Origin: the human T2T-CHM13v2.0 reference genome, Homo sapiens
Length of the DNA stretch: 64,000 nucleotides
Assembly: GCF_009914755.1 (NCBI RefSeq)
Contig: NC_060947.1
Strand: one strand, 5' to 3'
Part shown: piece by piece, positions 54,111 to 64,000 of the stretch
How positions within the stretch are numbered: the stretch's first letter is position 1
Layout of the letters: every line of letters begins with the position of its first letter
The notes under the pieces: generated by a model
Database searches by the model: none
Told to the model about the DNA's origin: nothing
Seen by the model: the letters and a program-made list of their open reading frames with translations, nothing else
Translations under genes and position numbers: made by a program

Positions 54111-54984
54111 GGGGCACTACAGAAAAATAACCCATGAGCACCCATAAAAGTATGTCAGTAGGTTCCCAAGTAGCAACATATGAAAGCTTTCTTCCAATTG
54201 CCTAACTCTATGCCATATGTCTGTTTAAAATCTTCTCTTTAGATATAGGCTAGTTTGTTCTCCTCTGTGACATTTTATTGCTGCCTTTGCCACATTGAGA
54301 TATACAGTAGGCCCATGGGCCGATCCCAATTTTTTACAACAAAGAAACAGACAGACTTTGTTGTTGTTAATGTCATGCAGAGTGATCTGTGGCTATATAT
54401 TGAAATATCTGGCAAACGTTAAACCACAAGCATAAAACAGAACGGTGTGTAATAAATGGCGCTTGCTTTTTGTTTACACAGCGAAGAAACACAATGAATT
54501 GTAAGCAAAGTGCATCAATAGCAAATAATACTACAAAGCCACTACAGCAACTTTAATATCTGTATCTTTCGTATCTTAGTCACATTGTTTGAAAACATCC
54601 AACTACATGGCTTATGCAGATCCATCATCTGGAATCATGAGACAAACTTCAGATTGATTTTCTCTCTGGCAGTGACACCAATCACTCTAGTCAGAGGCAG
54701 CCCCTGCCCCGCCTGCCTTATGTGGTGCCTCTCTGGAATTGGCTAGTTGCGCACACCAGGTAGAATCTATCTGTAGCCACAGAACTGAGGCTGACCTGAG
54801 CTCTCAGTAATTGAGAACATCAGGCCCCACCACTGAGTTTCTTGAACTCTAGGCAAAATAGGTGCCTGCAAACGACGTCAAAATTTATTCTAAAAATGCT
54901 GTGTGAAAAATAACACCAAAATTATCAGATCATTATCTGAAAAAAAAATCAATTGGCTTCCCTAAATTAGTTTACCATAGAGGC

Positions 54985-55150
54985 AGGATTATAGAGTGAG
55001 GCTAAGAACACAGACTGGCCAGGTCTAATCCCAGCTACACCATTTACAAGCTGTGTACCTTTGTGCAATTCACTGAACATCTATGTGCTTCAGTTTTCCG
55101 TCTATAAAATGAGTAACGGACAGTACCTTTTGCATAGGGTTATGGGGTGG
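54985..55150 (+). mobile_element. MIR SINE
   Basis: taatcccagctacaccatttacaagctgtgtacc...cttcagttttccgtctataaaatg. Confidence 0.8.
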
Positions 55151-55599
55151 GGGTTAAGTTAATTGCTATATGCATATGCAATAATTATAATGAGGCATAA
55201 TCTCCATCCATCTTGTAATTTAAAACTGACCACGAACAATATAGCTATAAGTAGCATGCGGACACTCCAGGGAATTTACAAAACCAGGGGATAGGCATGT
55301 TCCATATCCTTGGGGTTTAACTTACACTACAAAATCTAAGGACAATAAATAATGTAATTTGTAAAAATAAATTTTAAATTGTTTAAATACGAAAACATAG
55401 CTATAGTGAAGATTAGAATACAAAAAATCCCACTTGAAGATACGGCAGAGACTGGAAATAAATTGTATGTTTGCCTCTGGCCCTTTCATGCTCACACCCT
55501 CTGAGGCTTAGTGCCCTCTTGTGAAACTGCAGAGGAATACTGACATAAAGCATTGTCTGCTGAGTCAGAGGAGATTCACAACCAGCAGGGAGATCATGC

Positions 55600-55740
55600 T
55601 GGGAGGGCTCTCCCATATCAAATTCTCAAAATGAGATGAAACAGACCTAGAAAAGTTTAGTGACTTGCCTAAGGTTAAATAAATAGGCAGTGGGGTTAGC
55701 AAGTAAATCAGGGCTACCAATTCCCAGTTCAGCCATCTTT
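55600..55740 (-). mobile_element. MIR SINE
   Basis: gaaacagacctagaaaagtttagtgacttgcctaaggt. Confidence 0.7.
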
Positions 55741-58340
55741 TTACCTTGCCCTGGTATTTGAGGTCTCCAGTGGGAGACACCATGTTGTATGTACAGTTTC
55801 TTAACAAGAGAGTCTGGGAATCCTCGGAGTGTTTCTGAGAGGACTGTGGTCTCCACCCTAAACCTTGTCAAAGGGCCCAGCCTCCCCTGCATTCCCCCTA
55901 CGTCAGGTGGCTCAGCTCCCAGAGATGCTCCAGCCAGGCCTGTCACTACCTGTCCCCACCTGTCCTTTACTTTTAGCCCCAGACTTAAGAGATAGGTGAA
56001 AGGAACCTGAAGGATGAGCAAGACAAAGAGAAGATGGCTCCCATTTTCAAAACTACACATTTTAAGAGGAGCAAGTAATAGAAGGAGGTGGTCGCAGGGT
56101 ATGAAAAACTTAAATTTGTATCATCTATAAACTCTGTGCTCTGAAAATCAGGGAAGGAAATATTTTAATTCACTCCTGCAACAAATATTTATTTTCAACC
56201 TTATGATTTACAGTGCAGTGGCTGGGCTCTGGGACAGTAGAAATATACAGGACTGAGACCTTGTTCTCCAGAATTCATGATGGAATCTTAGAGACAAGGT
56301 ATGAAGATTAGGAAAGACAATGAATAATATAAGACAACATGCCTTATATTATTATATACCTTGAGCTTTGCAATGTTTTCTTCAAAGAAAATGTATGAGA
56401 AAGCCCAAAATGTAAAACAGATAAAGTCAATTGTTTTGGTAGAAGCTAGAAGAGGCTTCAAGAAGGGGAGGCAGGCTGTGCTTTCAAAGGTGAGCAGCAC
56501 TCCCATGAGCAGGAAGGAAAGGGTCCCCTAGGCAGGAAGGGCTGAAGGAAGGGCTGTCAAGACACCGGTGTGGAGGCAGGAATAATGCCACAGGTGGACT
56601 TCAACAAACAAACAAAGAGCACAACTGTCAAGAACAGAAGTTCATGGATGGGAGAGTTACAAAAGTTGGTGGCATGACTTCCCCTTTCTGAAATTCTAAT
56701 CCCGAAGAGTACAAAGCAACTGCGCAGCCAAAAAGCTGTGCAGCAGTGGCCTGGGAAGGGCTCGACGAAGGGCATAGCTCAGGGGCACTGCTCAGGGGCA
56801 GAGCTCTGGGGCATCGCCCACTCATAGGGAGAGCAGCAGGGAGCCACACTTCCCATCCCAACTCAGCTTCTGTCCCAGCTCTCATCCCAGGCTCCCCAGC
56901 CCACAGGATGATCCCTGTGAAGAGAAGCATGTGAAGATGGAGGAATCCCAACCAAGATTCCACCAAGGACAAAAATAGCTAACACGATGAGAGACAGAGG
57001 CCAGGGAAGGTTGTAGAACATGTGCCTCTATTGACCGTGGCAGACATTTCTCAGCAACCCCTTACCCCTGCCACTTCCCTGACTTTGCCATGTGAGGATG
57101 CAGGTCCAGGGGGCCAAATCAACCAGTTTTTCAAGAGAAAAAAAAACACTGCAGTGTTTATAACTGTGTGGACCAAAGAGAACATGTCTACAGGCCAGTG
57201 TGCAGTTCCTATATTAGAAGAGGGGTCTGAGTTGATCCTGCCTATTGCACTGGGTCCAGTATCTTGTTCAAGGTCTAACAAAGGTAGGTGCTCAATACAT
57301 ATCTGTTAAATCAGTGCATGAGAACCAAATATTAGATTAGGCAGCAAATTGTAAGCCAATGTCTTTCCTTCCTCCTCCATTAAAGAAACGCTACAGCTTA
57401 AGAGAGGTAGATGGAGTAGCAGGTTCTAAGTAAAAGGAAATCTACATATAAGTTACTCACCAAGTCACTATTAACAGTGCCAGGGTTAGTGTTATTGCCC
57501 TCCACATCGCAATTCTTCAAGCTCTTCAGTTATGCTGTTATGTTTACCTCAATCCCAATCTAATTCTTTTCATCCTCTTTTCCCTTCTCACGTTTTTTAA
57601 AGACCTCACTTGGGGATTTACTAGAGGAAAAAATATCAAAATCACAAAGTAAATGGGGGAGAGGGGGTATATGCATACTTCCATATCAGGATGGCAAGGG
57701 GCGCTACATCTATCTCCACCTTCGGAAAGGTGATAAGACCTGAGTTCTCATCTTCTGCCCTTCAGAATCTTGGTCCTTATCAGAACTGAAAGTGATGCCT
57801 TCCTACTCCTGGGGTTGCTAGGACCATCTTTGGCACTCTCACATCAAAATGTATTCTTGAGGTTTTTGAGATATATCCCAAGTCTCTGCTCTCAGCAGCT
57901 CCAGCTGGAGTTTACAGAAAGTCAAATGTGAGGTTGGAGAGGTCGGTAGTTCGGAGATGAACAGAGTGAGGTGGATCCTGTACATCAGAATGAAAACAAC
58001 TCTCAAAAGGTAATACAGAGATGGCTGCAGGCACCCAACCACTGAAGAGAGATACTTAATCAGATGTTCAGGGCAAAAACCAAAGTGTCCCAGAAATGAG
58101 CAGATCCTATACTTGCCGAAGTAAGTAAAGAAATTCTTGATCATCTTGCTGAGAGAACGCAACAGATGTGTTGTGTGGAGATGGTGCTGTATCCAGAGGC
58201 CATAAAGGACAATGGAAGGTGTGGGCCAACTTTTAGAGGAAATGGGGCTGACAGCAATGAGCAAGAGACAGGCTTCACAGGAAACGGCCCTTCACTGGAG
58301 GGTTTATGAGAGCCAAATCTAGCTGGATCAGGAATTTCTA

Positions 58341-58835
<495 letters not shown>

Positions 58836-59122
58836 TCATCCGGCCCCTCCACATTGTTTTTTCTCCCTCCTAAATGCCTCACTCAGAGTCACCCTGTTAG
58901 AAGCACATATAAGATTGTAACTCAGGCCAAGTCAAAAAAAATTGTGTGCGACAAGGTACATATACACTTAACACTATTGTACTGTACACTTAAAATGGGT
59001 AAGATGATTAGTTTTATGGCAAATTTTTTTAAACCACAATGAGAAAAATTGTACAAGGTCCTTTTGAGAGATTAAAATTCAAGGAAAACAAACAAACAAA
59101 AAAGACCCTGAGTGAAAGCTAC

Positions 59123-59309
59123 TTACCACTCTTTTTGGTACCTTCTCTGACCTCAGGAAGTTAAAAAAAAGATCAATAGGAAAATAGATAAGCAATTGAA
59201 TATGTAAATATTTTCAGGCCAATATTTACATATTCAATTGCTTATCTATTTTCCTATTGATCTTTTTTTAACTTCCTGAGGTGAGAGAAGGTACCAAAAA
59301 GAGTGGTAA
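59123..59309. repeat. Near-perfect inverted repeat, 90/89-bp arms, 8-nt spacer
   Basis: 59123-59212 is the reverse complement of 59221-59309 with one mismatch and one indel (A8 vs T7). Confidence 0.97.
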
Positions 59310-59639
59310 AGGCTAATATTCAATGAACCGCAACAACAAAAATCTGTATATCTACAACTCCACATTTTTTAAAAAGGTATGGGGGGAGAGCTGCATTTTT
59401 AAATATTGAACTTTAGGGCTTATAATTGAAAATATATTACCAATTCATGATATTTTATACCCTCATATACTTTTTTTTTGGTAGAGATGGTGGTGGCATC
59501 TTTTTAAAATATAATTTTAAGAAGGCAGTGATTTTCCAGGTAACTAAAGCACATGTCACAATTAAAACTGAGAAGCAGACATGTAGGCTTCTCTTAGGAC
59601 TGTGATAAAATGTTTCATTTTATAAAATCAGCAGCCAGG

Positions 59640-59950
59640 ATTGTTCTATTTGCTGTTCCCTCTACCTGCCCCTCCAGTTCTAGCTAAATCCCTTCTGTTC
59701 TCTCGTCTCAAATTTCTTCAGGTTCCTCACACAGCCCACTCCTTGTTAATGCTCCCACATCATAGCTTCATCTCCTTCATTCACTTACCACAGTTACCTT
59801 CTATTAAGATTTCATCCATCTAGAATATAAGCTCCGTACCAGGGCCAGGTCCTTGCCTCACCTTCTCTACTGCATCCCTACTGCCTAAAGCAATGTGGTG
59901 CTCCCTAGCTAGGTGCTTAAAAGGATTTCTGGCATGTGGAATCAATCACT
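59640..59950 (+). mobile_element. L2 3' fragment
   Basis: ttgctgttccctctacc, ctagaatataagctcc, taggtgcttaa. Confidence 0.7.
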
Positions 59951-60807
59951 GTTGGTTTGTTTTACACTCTTCCCTACTGTGCCATTCTTCACAAACCTTC
60001 CCTTTCTCTGCTTTCCAGGTTTCTTCTCTCGTACCAGCTCTACCCCATCTCTTCATTGATTTTAGTGCCCTGACATTTGATGATAAGTCACCAGAAATGT
60101 CTAAGAATGATGTATTGCCCCAGATACCATGGTTCTGTTCCCTTTTGCAAGGTTGGGATGGCAGATGGGAGCACAGCTAACTGCTAAGCATTTCACAACT
60201 CAAACTCAAGTCCTGAGGCACAATCTAAACATGTAAAAATAGACCTTTAAGTGTTTTATTAACAAGAACCCCATATAATGCCATTGGATGCCAACAAGGC
60301 AGTATTCTTAGGGAGCATTATATTCTGTCTTTGCCACCCCACTATCTTTATATGTTTAGTAAGGATGCAAATAATGTTAATACACTGTAGCACTCCTTAC
60401 TGTGTCGATGCTATCTAAAGCTCAGGGGCAATTTAATAGCAGCCTCTACAGAACTTGGACAAAGAATACTTCATGCAGAATGGCTACCAGCTAATTACTA
60501 CCTCCATGACAGAAAGCTCAACTGGAAATGGAAGAGGCCAAAATGACACTATAGAAATTTAGGCTTGAGAAAAAGAAGTATATCCTAAAAGTGAAAACCT
60601 AAAAAACAATGAATCTCTGAAACCACATGTAAAACCTTTTTGTTAGTAAGCTATAGTTTCTATTCCTTGAGATGTCTAGAAGTAATATTTAGACATACCT
60701 ATTTGCAGGAATGAGTGAATCAGGCTAAATTGACATGTATCTTCCATACGAGTGAATGCAGCAGGGAGGACTTTGGTTTTCATTTCTTTTCTGTGTTAAT
60801 TTTAAGC

Positions 60808-61050
60808 CATTTGTTGCTCAATGTCAGCACTGTGGCCATATGGGGTCAGAACACTCTTGGTTGGTGGGAAAGTTCCGGGGGGGCGGGGATCCTGCGCATC
60901 ATAAGGCACTAGGGTATGTAGGCTCCATTACTGGCCTTCACTCACTACATGCCAGTAGCATCTCCCCTCCTCAACCAAAACCCAAAACAGTATGCAGACA
61001 TTGCCAAATGCCCTCAGAGGGACAAAGTCACCCTCAGTTGAGAACCACTG
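60808..61050 (+). mobile_element. MER20 (hAT-Charlie) DNA transposon
   Basis: cagacattgccaaatgccc...gttgagaaccactg terminus; 8-bp TSD ttttaagc / ctttaagt. Confidence 0.9.
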
Positions 61051-64000
61051 CTTTAAGTCCCCAAACACGCCAATCTGTGCACCCATTCCTTCTTATCATC
61101 CTCCACCCAACAAAAGTCAAACTCACCAACCTATGAATTTGTTTTCGTACCAATAAATTTACTTCAATGAACAGTTATGCAACTTAAAAGAAACCATAAG
61201 CAGAATGGATAATCTGCTTCCAGGAGGGCACATAAGAGGCATTTAAGAAATGTTGGTTCCCACTTTCCCTTTCTGTTAAGGAATTCATAACTTCTGAAGC
61301 AAATACCTGTCCCTTCTAGGCACCTGATTTCAAAGGCATGCATATATATTTTGAATATGACATTATATTCAAAATAATATAACTAAAGGTTCTGATTCTC
61401 TTTACTTTCTCTCCATAAGAGGAATGCAATTCTTAATTCTTAGGAAGAGCAACTGAACTAAATAAATAAGTAGCACATTAAAGGAAATACTTTCTACACT
61501 TCGATGAATTCTTGCCAGGCATGGTCTTAAAAACACAGCACCTTCAACAATGGTGTCTAATAATAACACCCCATATACCCCACAGTACTTATAGCCTCCC
61601 ACCCAAGTTTCTATGGTGATTCTTGAACTCAAATGGTTTGATTTCAAACTACTTAGTAATCTGAAGAAAATCCCTTTCTTCATTCCTTCAAGTATTTTTT
61701 TTTTTTTACATAATTTGTTGGGGGGAGTGAGATTAGGACCCTATAACTTTTAATAATAAATTTTCTTTCAAAGTTAAGGAATTTGGCTCAGGACCTTCTC
61801 AAGTTTTAATGGACTAAGGATAAGAATTCTAGACTGATTTTCTAAGACTTTTTTCCATTGTTATAATCAGGAAATACTAGATATTGTTCAAGTAGAGGCA
61901 GAGTGTAAGCATGCCACATAGTTGAGAAATCAGCAGCAAAATATTAATCACAGCTGAAACCTGACATACACTCTCCCATGTTCCTTAGGTACAATACATT
62001 CCGATGATTAAAAATACATTCCATTTCCTCTACGTGCAAATTCAATCTGTCGAACTGGATGACAGCACCATAAAGCCGCTGAAATTCTGAAACCCAACCT
62101 GCTAAACATCCTGAACAGACATTCTCCAAAGAAAACTGAAGAAAAATGTATGTATCCTTTTGAGATGTGGAAACATCTTAAAATTACTTAAGAACGATTT
62201 CAAAATAACCCCCTAATAAACTGCTTAATGTGAACAGCATTTCAAATTCTCAGCCTAGTTTTAAATTTCCACCTTTGTTGTAAATGGAACCCAAATAAGA
62301 ATTTCCTTGTGCTCTTAAGAATACTATAGGGTTTAAGATCTACTGCAAGATCCCTCTAGCAGACATTGGCATAAACCCTTGAAAACTGTGGGTTGTATCT
62401 TTAAAAGGTGTCAAAGGAAAAGCAGATGAAATGCTGTAATCTCCACCCACTGTCACTTAAGACTTACTGCCCACGCACTCCACAGTCCCAGCCAGCATCC
62501 TGCATCCACCCTTTTTTTTCAAGCCCACTGCATTAGACCATGGAAACTCAGGATGTGTGGCCACAACGGCCCCTGCTCTGGATCCAGCTGGCCCACCACG
62601 TGGCGTGGCCGTGACCTTAGTCACACTTCCCCCTGACATCCTGTGAGTGGGCTCAAGCTGGAGCCAGACCTTCCCACCGTGCTGCCCGCCCTGCTCCTGG
62701 AAATGACAAAACCCGGCTCCCTAAAACATTCCATTCTCCACTTACACCAACAGAGCTTCCTGCTCCCCACCCCTCCTGAACAACAGGTCTTTGAATATCA
62801 TTCACCACCCTGGTAACACCTTTAACCATTTGGCCATTAGCTACTAAGGGAGGCATGCACAACTTCACTTCGGATTTTCATAGAAGCCTGTTCTCTTGAT
62901 TTTCACTAAGTTTTTTAAACTATTATCACAAGAATCACTTCTACGGGATTTATAAGCATATGCAACATTCAAAATCGAAAACGTGGCACTGCAAAATCTG
63001 CACAACAAAGCTCTTCATGAGAGAAGTATCTCTTAATTTAGTGGAGAGAGTATCTGCTGGATTCAGATTTACATAAGCATTATCTTCTTGGTCCTCTTCT
63101 AAGCTGGACTAAAAGGATTTCAGAAATCTTCGACTTACTATGTATAACTCTCATCTTTGAAAAAGAACTTGCATTTTAATAAAAAGGTTAATGAGAAAAA
63201 AATACTCCCAATTTAGTTTTAGCTGTAGAGTCAAGAAGCAAGTTTTTGTTTCATCAGATGGTAAAGGTAATGCTTTTAACTGGCAGCACTAACCCCACCT
63301 TCCTCCTAAGAGGTGTCTGTGGATCCTAAGGATGGTTTTTCAAGCAAAGAGGTAAAGTTGGGTAGAGTGACACTAAGGGGGCAATTAAGGCACCCATTGT
63401 TTAGAGTCATACTATTCTCCATATTCAAAATCAAACAGAGGTTCCAGTTCTACGTAGGATAGATAGTCAGCACACTCCACCCTGTTTTTCCCAGGGCCGC
63501 AACTACGAACCTCAGAAAGAATGCTTGGAGCAGCTATACGAGGACTCTGAAAAGTAAACAGGAGCAGGCACATTAAGAAGGAAGACTAGAACATGAAAGA
63601 CCACCCAACTGACAGTTTCCTCTTCTTTTTTCATCCAGTGTGCCCAAGCCTGGTCTCAACACACTGTCGGCAGACCCTAGGTGCTGACAGACGACAGGGA
63701 AAAATCCCCTGTTTTTTCCTTTTCTCTGTTCTCTCAGGCCACAGTCCCCAAGTAACCCTGCAGTGGCTACAGCAGCCAGCAGCAAGGGGAGCCTGCAAGA
63801 CAGGGAACTCTGAGGGAGGAAAACCTTCCTCTAGATTCAACAGTGCCATGATTCCAAGAAAGTAGGGCCAAATCCCACTGTTTTTAGTGTCTCTGTCCTC
63901 CAGGGGCTTGACCCTGGGGACATGGGCACAGTTGTGAAAGTACATGGCAAAATAGAGTAACTAAAGCCCAAGCTTTCTAGCTAAATGGCCCAAAAGAGAA

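Overview
Human-type (primate) genomic DNA, identifiable as the Xp11.3 miR-221/miR-222 locus. I find no intact protein-coding gene. The MIR221 (19612-19721) and MIR222 (20474-20583) hairpins lie on the minus strand. Their host transcript (MIR222HG) can be reconstructed from the sequence: a CCAAT/CCAAT/TATA/Inr core promoter near 43732, a candidate donor at 43550, a strong acceptor at 20614/20615, and AATAAA plus a GU-rich element near 18670-18698. The first ~18.4 kb is a dense nest of retroelements. It holds an MFF processed pseudogene inside an L1, a THE1 MaLR carrying an inverted HERV-L pol fragment, a second local copy of part of that fragment followed by a minisatellite, and a two-LTR MaLR inside MER21. 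The remainder is repeat-poorer, with AP-1/NF-kB motif clusters, a Y3 RNA pseudogene and a near-perfect 90-bp-arm palindrome at 59123-59309 that carries a template-switch signature. I see no evidence of a new multi-gene system. The best leads are the palindrome and the HERV-L/THE1 chimera with its daughter copy. Repeat subfamily names and boundaries come from recognition by eye and are approximate.
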